A stretch of 64,000 nt of DNA, from assembly GCA_963642145.1 (NCBI GenBank), contig CAVIFU010000001.1, positions 4,645 through 68,644 of the forward strand, given 5' to 3'. The position numbers were made by a program, and so were the translations under genes. Below, one piece after another: positions 10,037 to 20,200 of the stretch. The notes below the pieces were generated by a model that saw nothing but the letters and a program-made list of their open reading frames with translations, had not been told where the DNA came from and searched no databases. Source of the stretch: Ruminococcus bicirculans (ex Wegman et al. 2014) (GTDB taxonomy: Bacteria > Bacillota > Clostridia > Christensenellales > DTU072). Each line of letters starts with the position of its first letter. The stretch's first letter is position 1.

Positions 10037-11742
10037 TGCTATATTCGCTTACGGTTAAAAATATTGCGCTAATCCGAGAGATTACGCTTGAATTCGGCAA
10101 AGGGCTCAATGTGTTGTCGGGCGAAACCGGCGCCGGTAAATCGATAATTATAGACAGCCTCGATTTTGTCCTTGGTGACAGAGCGGACAAGTCGCTCATT
10201 CGCCATGGCGAAACTACCGCCACGGTGCAAGCCGTTTTCGGCGATGACGGCAAGCCGGAAATAACGAAGATTTTGGAAGAATACGGCATAGAGCGCGACG
10301 AAAATATCGTTGTCAAGCGCAGTATGTCCGAAAGCGGGCGTAGCGATTGCCGTGTCAACGGCACAATAGTAACGCTCGGGCAACTCAAACGTTTGATGGC
10401 GTACTTGGTTGATATTCACTCGCAGCACGAAACGCAATCGCTGCTAAACGAGGCGAATCACATAAAAATTCTCGATAAGTATTCGCGCAAAGCCGACGCA
10501 ATATCCGCAAGGCTCTCCGCATGCGTCGCGGAATATAGATCGGCACGTAGAGAACACGACGGATTTGAAGACGAATCCGCTCGTCAACGGCGCATAGATT
10601 TGCTTGAATACCAACTTGCGGAAATTGAACGCGTCGATCCCGAAGAGGGCGAAGAAGAAAAGCTCGTCGCGATTCGCAATAAATTCCAAAATTACGAACG
10701 CATAATCAATTCTATAGGCGCGGCATACGCGCAAATAGACGGCGACGACGGACTGTGCGCACTCGGCGCCGTGCAATCGGCAAAAAAAGAACTTAATTCG
10801 GTCGCTTCGTTTGATGAAAAGTACGGCGACCTTGCAGAGAGGCTCGATGGCGTCAAAATCGAATTGCGAGATATCGCGGATACGTTGCAGTCGGAGCTGG
10901 AAAACTCGGATTACAATCCGATGGAACTTGCGCGTGTCGAGAAAAGAATTGACGAAATTCGCAAAATAAAGCGTAGATTCGGCGGAGAAATAAGCGACAT
11001 CAATACTTTTTGTGAAACTGCCAATTCGGAACTCAATGTTTTGAGAAATGCGGAAGCGCGCATCGCCGAACTTGAACAAATAATGCAAAAAACCGGCGCT
11101 CGGATAGTGTGCATCGCGCGCGAACTGCACGATGAGCGCGTTGCAAGTGCCAAAAAATTTGAAAAGGCAATAACTTCAAACCTAAAAGAGCTCGGAATGA
11201 AGAGCGCTACGTTTGCCGTGCAAATTTCTTTCCCCGAAACGGAAGAGGAGATTTTGGAAAAGTCTGACGCAACGGGTGCCGACGGCGTTAGATTTCTAAT
11301 TTCGCCGAACCTCGGAGAACCGCTCAAACCGCTTGCAAAAATTGCTTCCGGCGGAGAGATGAGCCGATTTATGCTCGGGCTCAAAAATATAACGGCAGAA
11401 CTTGAAGATATCGATACGCTTGTTTTCGACGAGATCGATACGGGTATCAGTGGCGCCGTAGCCAAGGTTGTAGCTTGCAAATTATATGACGTTGCCAAGG
11501 AACGTCAAGTGCTTGCCGTTACTCATTTACCGCAACTTGCTTCCATGGCAGATGTCCATTACCTCATAGAAAAGAATGAATCGAACGGCAAAACATTGAC
11601 TTCGATTACGCCGATAGGCGACGAGGAAAGAGCAGCGGAAGTAGCTCGTCTTGCGGGATCCGACCCGAGCAGCGATGTCGGGAAGCAAAACGCGCAAGAG
11701 ATGATAAATTGGTCAAATTCTTATAAATCGGCAATCAAATAG
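10036..11742 (+). CDS. recN: DNA repair protein RecN
   Basis: N-terminal Walker A (LSGETGAGKSIIIDSL), long coiled coil, C-terminal ASGGEMSRFMLGLK and LVFDEIDTGISG. Confidence 0.96.
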   Translation: MLYSLTVKNIALIREITLEFGKGLNVLSGETGAGKSIIIDSLDFVLGDRADKSLIRHGETTATVQAVFGDDGKPEITKILEEYGIERDENIVVKRSMSESGRSDCRVNGTIVTLGQLKRLMAYLVDIHSQHETQSLLNEANHIKILDKYSRKADAISARLSACVAEYRSARREHDGFEDESARQRRIDLLEYQLAEIERVDPEEGEEEKLVAIRNKFQNYERIINSIGAAYAQIDGDDGLCALGAVQSAKKELNSVASFDEKYGDLAERLDGVKIELRDIADTLQSELENSDYNPMELARVEKRIDEIRKIKRRFGGEISDINTFCETANSELNVLRNAEARIAELEQIMQKTGARIVCIARELHDERVASAKKFEKAITSNLKELGMKSATFAVQISFPETEEEILEKSDATGADGVRFLISPNLGEPLKPLAKIASGGEMSRFMLGLKNITAELEDIDTLVFDEIDTGISGAVAKVVACKLYDVAKERQVLAVTHLPQLASMADVHYLIEKNESNGKTLTSITPIGDEERAAEVARLAGSDPSSDVGKQNAQEMINWSNSYKSAIK

Positions 11743-11842
11743 CTGTATTTGCTGTCGAGTATTCTATAAATTAACATATTTTAGAATACACATCCGAGGA
11801 TATTTGCCGTTAATTACCGCACAATATACGTGAGGTAATACA

Positions 11843-12898
11843 ATGTCGCAAGTTAAATCCAAATCGAATAACGGGCGCAAGCGGATTGTCGGTATTGCTT
11901 CAATCTGCTTTGCGCTCGCTTTTTTTATTGTTGCATGCGTTAGTCCGTATTCAATTTCGAAAGCGCAAGCCGCGCCGGAAAATCGCGTATATCTCGGCGG
12001 CATTCCCGTGGGGCTCAAACTTTCTTCGGACGGATTGACGATTGCGGGCTTTGTCCCCGTCATTACGGAATCCGGTACATTTAATCCGGCGGAGGAGTCC
12101 GGTCTGAAAATAGGTGACATGCTGATTGAAGGCAACGGAAAAGCGCTCAAATCACCGTCCGACGTTACCGCGCTTGTCAAGAGCGCGACAGCCGGTATCA
12201 AGTTTGTTTATTCCCGATCCGGAGTGCGCGGCGAGGTTAGCATAACGCCCGTATTCGATCCGCTTGCCGGTGAGAAAAAGATAGGGGTTGTGGTAAAAAA
12301 CGAAATCGCCGGCGTCGGCACGCTGACTTTTACCGCTCAAGACGGCAGGTTCTGTACGCTCGGGCATCAAATTTCGGATCCGAACGTAAACGATGAAGGC
12401 AATTATCAATCCGGATTCGTGTATTCCTGCAAAATTTTAGGAGCGGTTAAAGGAGTAAAAGGTGAAGCCGGCGCGCTTAAAGGCGTGTTCGATCGCGACT
12501 CCGAGCCTATAGGGAATGTCGATGCCAACGATATTTACGGCGTGTACGGCACGGCGGTGGGGTCTGTCTTGAAATCGGGAGCACTGATTGATGTTGCGAC
12601 CGTTTCCGACGTAAAACCCGGCAAAGCGCACGTTTATTCCACGATAGAGGGGACTTCCCCAAAGCGTTACGACGTCGAAATTGTCAAAACAATATCGCAA
12701 AAACGGCGAGATACGCGCGGTTTACTGATTCGCGTCACCGATAAAGCTTTAATTAAAGCGACGGGAGGTATCGTTCAGGGCATGAGCGGCTCCCCGATTG
12801 TACAAAACGGCAAGTTGGTCGGCGCAATAACGCACGTGCTCATCGATGACCCCACGTACGGATATGGAATATACGCGGAGTGGTTGATCGCCCGGTAA
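11843..12898 (+). CDS. spoIVB: SpoIVB peptidase (S55, stage IV sporulation signalling protease)
   Basis: Signal/TM segment, PDZ-like region, S55 catalytic region (GTLT...G.F..LGH, GIVQGMSGSPIVQNGKLVGAITHV). Canonical position after recN. Confidence 0.93.
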   Translation: MSQVKSKSNNGRKRIVGIASICFALAFFIVACVSPYSISKAQAAPENRVYLGGIPVGLKLSSDGLTIAGFVPVITESGTFNPAEESGLKIGDMLIEGNGKALKSPSDVTALVKSATAGIKFVYSRSGVRGEVSITPVFDPLAGEKKIGVVVKNEIAGVGTLTFTAQDGRFCTLGHQISDPNVNDEGNYQSGFVYSCKILGAVKGVKGEAGALKGVFDRDSEPIGNVDANDIYGVYGTAVGSVLKSGALIDVATVSDVKPGKAHVYSTIEGTSPKRYDVEIVKTISQKRRDTRGLLIRVTDKALIKATGGIVQGMSGSPIVQNGKLVGAITHVLIDDPTYGYGIYAEWLIAR

Positions 12899-12932
12899 TC
12901 ATAATTAGGTATTTTTAGACATACTTTTTAGT

Positions 12933-13547
12933 ATGTTTAAGAGTATCGGCTGTTACATAAAAAACTGTTTGCATGATATCAAGCGCGTGCTGTTTTCGGA
13001 CAAAAAGCATCTTTTACTGGCGTTATCGGCGTTTTTAATCGGATTTCTTATCGCGCTCGGCAAAGATTACGGAGACGCGGAGAGCGGCACGAATTTCTTT
13101 TATTCCGTCATACGCGAGGGGGAAACTTCGCCCGTAACGCAGATAATACGTATACTTCTTTGGATTATAGCGATATATGCGGGCGTCTTTGTTACATCCA
13201 TACACTTTGTTTTGTTCATTGCCGTAGGGTACGGAGGCATAACGCTTGCGTCGTATTTGATATTTTCAAACGCATTTAAGGTAATAACTGCGGATACGCT
13301 TTGCGGAACTTTGTATTTAGCTGTGTTTGTTATACCCGTGACGGTTATAACGTTTGTGCTTGCGGTATGCGCAATGCGGAGCGTCTACGCCTTACTCAAT
13401 TTTTCGTGCAACAGAAAGATGTTTACCAATGTCGCGTGCCATTGCAAATCGCTCAAACAAGCGATTTTGCCTTATTTTGTCGTTAATTTGATTGCGGTTA
13501 CGGCTTATTGGGTATTGATATACGTTGCGCTCGTACTGATTGTGTAA
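12933..13547 (+). CDS. polytopic membrane protein (SpoIIM-like size and topology, unverified)
   Basis: 204 aa with ~5 hydrophobic segments, lying between spoIVB and a dacB-like gene. I saw no diagnostic motif. Confidence 0.55.
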   Translation: MFKSIGCYIKNCLHDIKRVLFSDKKHLLLALSAFLIGFLIALGKDYGDAESGTNFFYSVIREGETSPVTQIIRILLWIIAIYAGVFVTSIHFVLFIAVGYGGITLASYLIFSNAFKVITADTLCGTLYLAVFVIPVTVITFVLAVCAMRSVYALLNFSCNRKMFTNVACHCKSLKQAILPYFVVNLIAVTAYWVLIYVALVLIV

Positions 13548-13591
13548 TAATAGGCGCGTCTTTGCTTATACTTAGGAAAAGAGGTGATATT

Positions 13592-14800
13592 ATGAGAAAA
13601 GCTATATTTATCATGTCGATTGCGGTGCTTGCGTTGGCGATGACAATGGTGGCAACGCCTTCTTGCACGTATGCGTCGGCGGCTAAAGCGTCAAACGGCG
13701 TTCAGTCATTGGGAAGTTACGGATCACGCTCGGCATATTTGACGGATTACGCTACCGGCGAGGTTCTGTACGCAAGGAACGAAGACGCCGAATATCCGAT
13801 AGCAAGTATGGTTAAAATTATGACGCTGAATATAATTTTTGACGAAATCGCGTCCGGGAAAATTCACTTTGACGATAAAATTACGGTTAGCGATACGGCA
13901 GCCGGGATGGGCGGATCGCAGATGTTTATCGATGCGGGCAAAGAGTATACCGTGGACGACTTGATCAGAGGGATAACCGTGGTGTCCGCAAATGACGCTT
14001 CGGTAGCCATGGCGGAAACAATAAGCGGTAGTGTGGACGCGTTTATATCGCTTATGAACGCAAAAGCTGCCGAATACGGCATGCAAAATACCGTTTTCGT
14101 CAATGTGACCGGATTGCCGGCGGACGGGCAACACAGCACGGCAAAGGACGTAGATAAAATGATGCGCAGATTGCTCGGGCGTGAGGAATATTATAAATAT
14201 TCGACGATTTATATGCAGAATTATACGCATCCGGATGGTAGGGTAACCGAGTTTGTCAATACAAACAAGCTGATTCGATTCTACAAAGGTTGCGACGCAG
14301 GCAAGACCGGTTTTACCAATGCCGCTATGTTTTGTTTGTCCGCTTCGGCGAAGAGAGATTCAACGAGAGTGGTGGCAACCGTGCTCGGAGCCGAGAACAG
14401 CAAGTCGAGATTTGCCGAAATCACCGCGATGTTTAACTACGCGTTTGCCAATTACAAAACGGTAAACGTAGTAGAAAAGGGCGTCGTAATCCCGGCTCAG
14501 GTGGATATTGACGGCGCCAAAGAGGGCGGTATAGAGCTTACCGCGGACAGAAATATTTCGGTGTTGGAAAAAAGGAGGGAGTCCCACCGCTACGATGTTG
14601 AAGTTACAATGCTTGACGGCGTCAAAGCTCCGATCGCGAAGGGTGAAAAGGTAGGCGAAATCACGGTTAAAAATGCGTTGACGGGAGAAGTCGCGGGCGT
14701 TGCGAATTTGGTAGCCGTAAGCGACATAGAAGCGAAGACATATCTTGACGGACTCAAAGAGATAATCGAGAACTGGTTCCTTGGAGTATTAAAAAAGTAA
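13592..14800 (+). CDS. D-alanyl-D-alanine carboxypeptidase (S11, DacB/DacF-like)
   Basis: GAGGTG SD before ATG 13592, then a signal peptide. SxxK (ASMVKIMT), SGN-like (VVSANDA) and KTGFT motifs, plus a C-terminal PBP5-type beta domain. Confidence 0.92.
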   Translation: MRKAIFIMSIAVLALAMTMVATPSCTYASAAKASNGVQSLGSYGSRSAYLTDYATGEVLYARNEDAEYPIASMVKIMTLNIIFDEIASGKIHFDDKITVSDTAAGMGGSQMFIDAGKEYTVDDLIRGITVVSANDASVAMAETISGSVDAFISLMNAKAAEYGMQNTVFVNVTGLPADGQHSTAKDVDKMMRRLLGREEYYKYSTIYMQNYTHPDGRVTEFVNTNKLIRFYKGCDAGKTGFTNAAMFCLSASAKRDSTRVVATVLGAENSKSRFAEITAMFNYAFANYKTVNVVEKGVVIPAQVDIDGAKEGGIELTADRNISVLEKRRESHRYDVEVTMLDGVKAPIAKGEKVGEITVKNALTGEVAGVANLVAVSDIEAKTYLDGLKEIIENWFLGVLKK

Positions 14801-14849
14801 AATCAAACGGATATAGGCATATGCGCGCGGTATTTTTCGCGGGCGGGTA

Positions 14850-14878
14850 TTGACACGCGCCCGCGACTAATATATAAT
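14850..14878 (+). promoter_or_regulatory. consensus promoter TTGACA-17-TATAAT upstream of the M50 protease gene
   Basis: Perfect hexamers with a 17-nt spacer. The -35 element lies in the loop of a GC hairpin (CGCGGGCG 14838-14845 / CGCCCGCG 14858-14865). Confidence 0.55.
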
Positions 14879-14899
14879 AAAAACAACTTAGGCACGCAT

Positions 14900-15634
14900 A
14901 TGTTTGTATACAATCTCATAAATTCGGGCTTAGAGCCTTATCAAATAGTTCTTATCATTCCCGCGCTGTTGTTGGTTGCGGGGGCGTCTATCGTTTTACA
15001 CGAAGTAGCGCACGGATACGTAGCGCTCCTCAACGGAGATCCTACCGCCAAAGCTCGCGGCAGACTTACTCTGAATCCCGTTGCGCACTTCGACTGGATC
15101 GGACTTCTCATGATGTTTTTGGTCGGATTCGGCTGGGCGAAGCCCGTTCCCGTCAATCCCGACAATTTCAAAAACAAAAAACTCGGTATGTTTACCGTGT
15201 CCGTTGCCGGCATCGCCGTCAACCTTGTTTTGGGCGGACTCAGCCTGTTGATAGTGTATCTTGCGTACCCGGCTATTCTCGGTGCGCTTGTCAAGAGCGA
15301 GTCGAGCGTTGTCAGTTGCTTGCTGTATTTTGTCATTTATGTGTTGCAATTCGGCGTTCAAATCAATTTTACGTTGGCGTTGTTCAACCTGTTGCCCATA
15401 TACCCGTTAGACGGGTTCAATATGCTCAATTCGCTGTTACCGCCCGGCAACGGCTATCAAAGATTTATGGTGCGCTACGGATATTTCGTCTTGCTCGCGC
15501 TCATTTTGATCGGCAATATTGCTTCGGCGTTTAACTTCAAGTGGCTCGATATATTCGGGCTGTACAACGACGCCATATCGGATATGCTTATGCGCGTAAT
15601 TGCCAAAGGCATAATCAGGTTCGGGGGCATTTGA
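14900..15634 (+). CDS. site-2 protease family (M50) membrane metalloprotease
   Basis: HEVAHGYVA (HExxH) and FNLLPIYPLDGF (NxxPxxxLDG) motifs; multi-TM. Confidence 0.9.
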   Translation: MFVYNLINSGLEPYQIVLIIPALLLVAGASIVLHEVAHGYVALLNGDPTAKARGRLTLNPVAHFDWIGLLMMFLVGFGWAKPVPVNPDNFKNKKLGMFTVSVAGIAVNLVLGGLSLLIVYLAYPAILGALVKSESSVVSCLLYFVIYVLQFGVQINFTLALFNLLPIYPLDGFNMLNSLLPPGNGYQRFMVRYGYFVLLALILIGNIASAFNFKWLDIFGLYNDAISDMLMRVIAKGIIRFGGI

Positions 15635-15635
15635 T

Positions 15636-16463
15636 ATGAATGACGACGACTACACGACTGGCGGTTCCGGCAAATTGTCGCTTACGAACCTAAGCTACCA
15701 TTTGTACGAAGAGGACGTTGCCCTCGACAAACTTCTCGATATATGCAAGCGCGATCAGGTGGCGATACGCGATATTTTCATATCCGACATCACCGGCAAG
15801 TATCTTGAGTACGTCGTCAGTCTTTCATCGCAAGACAAAGATTACGACGATATTTCCGGCTTCATCGTATTGGCAGCCACTTTGGTTGAAATCAAGGCAA
15901 ATTCGCTTTTGCCGAAGGCGGAAGAGGTCGATGCGGATTTAGAAGATCTTACGGACGAACAATTGTTCTTCCTGAGGGCGGAGGAGTACGAGGCATACCG
16001 CAACGCGGCGGAAAAACTACGCGAATACGAGATTCTCAACAGATTCTATCGTGATCCCGTTTTCGGGGAGGACGAATACAAGCTCGTAATCAAGGAGTTT
16101 TCGTTGCAGAAGATGATCGATGCGTTTTCTCGGATGCTTGAACGCGCCGAATTCGAAGACGATCATACGACGGAAAAGACCATTTCAAGCGAACGCTTTA
16201 CCGTTGCCGACAGGATGCTTGACATAGTTGAAGCGCTCCGCGCATACCACAAGATCAAGCTTACGGAGTTGTTTGAGAGGGGATTCAGTAAGTTAGAGAT
16301 AATCAATACCTTCCTCGCCGTGCTGGAAATTGTTAAACAGCAAATCGCCACGGTGGAGGCGGACCCCGACAAGGAAGGGGAGATAATCATCACGCACAGA
16401 CCGGCAACGGATAACTTCAACAAGCAGGAGGATTTACTTAAAGATGTTGACGGATATAATTGA
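15636..16463 (+). CDS. scpA: segregation and condensation protein A
   Basis: Kleisin pattern (F.GPLD.LL..I....V.I.DI.I..IT.QYL) and a C-terminal winged helix (..L.E.V.TFLAVLEIVKQ). Followed by scpB. Confidence 0.9.
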   Translation: MNDDDYTTGGSGKLSLTNLSYHLYEEDVALDKLLDICKRDQVAIRDIFISDITGKYLEYVVSLSSQDKDYDDISGFIVLAATLVEIKANSLLPKAEEVDADLEDLTDEQLFFLRAEEYEAYRNAAEKLREYEILNRFYRDPVFGEDEYKLVIKEFSLQKMIDAFSRMLERAEFEDDHTTEKTISSERFTVADRMLDIVEALRAYHKIKLTELFERGFSKLEIINTFLAVLEIVKQQIATVEADPDKEGEIIITHRPATDNFNKQEDLLKDVDGYN

Positions 16464-17166
16464 GGCTCTGTTGTTTGCGAGCGGAGAGGGCATGCGCAAA
16501 GAGGAGCTTTACAAGGGGCTTGGCAACGAGTTTACCCGCAAAGAAATAGATAAAGCCGTCGAAGACTTGCGCAAGGAGTATTCGGAGAATAGGGGCATTC
16601 ACCTTATTCTCAACGACAAGATATATCGTTTCCAGACAAACCCCGCATATGGCGACATATTGGCGGACATGTTGTTGGAGACAAGGGAACGCGAGCTTAG
16701 CAAAACGCTACTTCAAGTCCTTGCGATAGTTGCATATAAGCAACCCGTCACCCGTGCGGAAATAGAAGATCTCCGCGGAGTGGGCTCGGACTACGTCATA
16801 GCGATGCTTCTTAAACTCAACCTCATTGAGGCGGTCGGTCGCAAAGAGACTGTCGGTAGACCGGTGTTATACGGGACAACGTTGGAATTCTTGCGTAAAT
16901 TCGGGCTCGAAGACTTATCGGAGCTTCCGGACTACGATGACTTAATGCGCAAGATACGCAACAATTTCGATAAATACTACAAAAAAACCGATACTCTGTA
17001 TCGTGAGCGCGATATTGACGGAGCCGCTACGCAAGAAGGTAGTGACGGCGCGAACCTTGCAGACGAGGCATCTGCGAGCACAGACGATTCGGATGAATTT
17101 TTCGAAGATGATGACGATGACGAAGATTTCCTTGACGGCGAAGACGTTGTGGAGATCGACGATTAG
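16444..17166 (+). CDS. scpB: segregation and condensation protein B, with an unusually long acidic C-terminal tail
   Basis: IEALLFASGE.....L; LSKTLLQVLAIVAYKQPVTRAEIEDLRGV; GRPVLYGTT..FL..FGL. The last ~45 aa are D/E-rich. Confidence 0.92.
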   Translation: MLTDIIEALLFASGEGMRKEELYKGLGNEFTRKEIDKAVEDLRKEYSENRGIHLILNDKIYRFQTNPAYGDILADMLLETRERELSKTLLQVLAIVAYKQPVTRAEIEDLRGVGSDYVIAMLLKLNLIEAVGRKETVGRPVLYGTTLEFLRKFGLEDLSELPDYDDLMRKIRNNFDKYYKKTDTLYRERDIDGAATQEGSDGANLADEASASTDDSDEFFEDDDDDEDFLDGEDVVEIDD

Positions 17167-17228
17167 ATAATATGAGAAAACCAAAGGATACGCACGAAGT
17201 CGTAAGCGTTGAAAGCAGGAGTAAAACA

Positions 17229-20200
17229 ATGGACTCAAACGGTAAAAAACAAAAAAGGTTACATATTCTCAAGGTGCTGGGCATTGCGCTCGTAATGGTC
17301 GCAATCGTTGGCGCCTCGGCTGTTTTTGCAACTTTTGCGGCAAACGAACCATCCTCTTTTGTAGAAATGATAAGAGCGGAAGCCGCTACCGAAATAAATT
17401 CCGGCAATGTGAACTCTCTGTTTGTGGACAGCGGCACGGTAAGTGGCGACTACACTTTGGCGAGTGATATAACAGTGACGAATAAAGTGCGCAGAGGTAC
17501 ATTTAGAGGCACTCTGGATGGTAACGGTAAGACAATAACGATAAGCGGTGATGCGCAAGAAACGTTATCGAACAACCAAGATGTTGTAGGTGCGCTGTTT
17601 GGAACGGTAACAGGCACTATTAAAAACGTAACGATAGTTTTTGGCGGGACTTTTGCAGTTAACGCCCAAAGTAACGAGCGCGGAACACCGGATACGAGTA
17701 CGACTATATATGCCGGTATCGTTTGCGGAAAGGCGAAAGATAACGCAAAGTTTGATAATGTTGAACTTATTATCAACGGTACCGTTTCGGCAGTCGGTAC
17801 AGATGGATATTACGGGTATGAGGAGGTCAAAGTCAGTTGGACAACAAAAACTTATGCATATAACAAATCGTGCGGACAAGGCGCCGTAGCGGGTGGCTTG
17901 ATTGGAAGATCGGAGGGCGCTATTCTTAACGATGTTGTGCTGACAAACAACGGATCGATCTATGCGCACGGAGAAAATCAAGATGCGGGTTGCTCTATAA
18001 TAAATGTCAAAAGCCCTAAATCTTCAGATACACACGGAGATAGGGCAATCGCCGGGGGCTTGATCGGGGAAATCGCAAACAAAACTGAAGCAACAAGCAT
18101 AACCGTGGCAGGGGATGGTGTCGTTGGCGCATATTCAAACGGATTGGGAGTAGGCGGAACCATTTGGGAAAATGCACTTCGTACAAACGCCGCGGGACTT
18201 GTGCTTGGCTCCTATTACGACGCAAACAGCACATTTACTTGTACCGGCATGTGGTTTAAGGCTACCGGCAAAGCTTACGTCGCGCAGCTGGACTCCGACA
18301 AAAAAGTGCGTGCCGGTCTCCTTGCCGGTCGAGCCGGTGCTACCACAACTTCATTTTTGAGTTTATGGTACAATTTAACCGAATGTGGTAAGTCGGCAGT
18401 CGGGCAACAGACATTTGCTTCTGCTCCGTCAAAAAAAAGCAGTGTTACGGTTTCATCTTCGTTGAATGATGGAAAGACGATAGATAGCATTGGCGTCGGA
18501 AACGGCACTATCACATACACCAACACTCACAAGTACGAGTATGCGATATCTACGGTCGTCGGCACGGCAAAAATTACGCGCTTGTACAACAATTTGCTTA
18601 CAGTAGACGTAGATTGCAGCGAGTATAACGGTAAAAAAACGAACGAAGCTAAATATTGGATTTCTGCGCTTTCATACAAGAGGAGCGGGTCCACTCACAA
18701 GTACGAGTATGCGATATCTACGGTCGTCGACAAGGTATCTACGGTCGTCGGCACGGCAAAAATTACGCGCTTGTACAACAATTTGCTTACAGTAGACGTA
18801 GATTGCAGCGAGTATAACGGTAAAAAAACGAACGAAGCTAAATATTGGATTTCTGCGCTTTCATACAAGAGGAGCGGGTCCACTACGTACAAAAATATAT
18901 ATAATAAGCTGACGGATAAATACGCTTACAATGAAAAACTGACGGATCAATACACGTTTGAAGATGATGAGGCTGTTCCTGTAGATTGTGAAAGTTACGA
19001 GGTGCATTTTGCCCAAATAAGCAAAAATATGTATTACGACTATGTTTCGGAGAAGTCATTCAACAACGTAGGCGTTCTATTTACAGGAACTCCGATTAAA
19101 GGTTCGAACATATCATCGGATCTTAGGTGGGGAGCCGTTGATCAGAATGCGTCCGAGTTAAAGGACTATACGGCATATGGCAAAGACGGTAGTTACGAAT
19201 TTCGTACGAGTGAGCATGCCGGCACGTATCTCATGGTTTTGTATAGGAAAGTCGGGGATACATACAGAGCGGTGGAAGACGGAGAAGTTATCGGTGCGTC
19301 CTCTACAGATGCTCCGAATACAATATTCGTGTATGAGAACGCCCAAAAGAATATTACCATCAACCCTGCAAAAGTAGAATTTCAAGCGATTAAAGACGCT
19401 GTCTACTCTAAAGAGTATGACACGACTAAAGACATCGTCGGCTCGCTTACTTTCGGTACGCACTTTTCATTCGTTTATGCAGATAGTAAAGAAAAAATAC
19501 CCACGACACCTACGGTTGATTTTGACAGGGAAACGAGTTATTTTGATTCGGAGAGTGTTGGAAAAAATAAGACAATAACCATTGTCGGATTAACCGTTAC
19601 CGGGGACTATTTTTTGTCGGAAGCTCAAAACTTTGAACTTACCGGCGAAATTACAACGCGTGCGATCGGCATAGAGTGGAGCAATACAGAGCTGACATAC
19701 AACGGAAGTGTGCAGTTCCCGATCGCTACGGCGACAAACTTATTGGAAGGGGACAAAGAAAAGGTATCTTTTACCATTGAAACATACGGATACGATGGCA
19801 CGGAGGCTACTCCCGACCCGGTCAAAGCAATCGATGTCGCCCAATACTACGCTAAAGTTGTCGGCACCGCAAGTAGTGCCGGTGATAACTATAAATTACC
19901 GACAGACTTAAACATTTGCAGTAGTGCCTTTGAAATCAAACCCAAAGAGGTCTCGTTGGTATGGACAAACTTAGGCGAAGAAGGTGCCGACAGCGCTGTC
20001 TTTTCAAATGCAGAAAAAAATGTCGGATGCGAGGTGAAAGAGGACGGACTTTGCGGAGAAGACACCAAAGATACCATTGGCTTAACCGTAACATACTACA
20101 CTCTTAATGAGAAATCCGAGTGGGTATCTACGACGTTATTCCACGCGGCAGACTATAAAGCCCAAGCGACTATTAGTAGCAAAAACTATGTTTTGACGGA

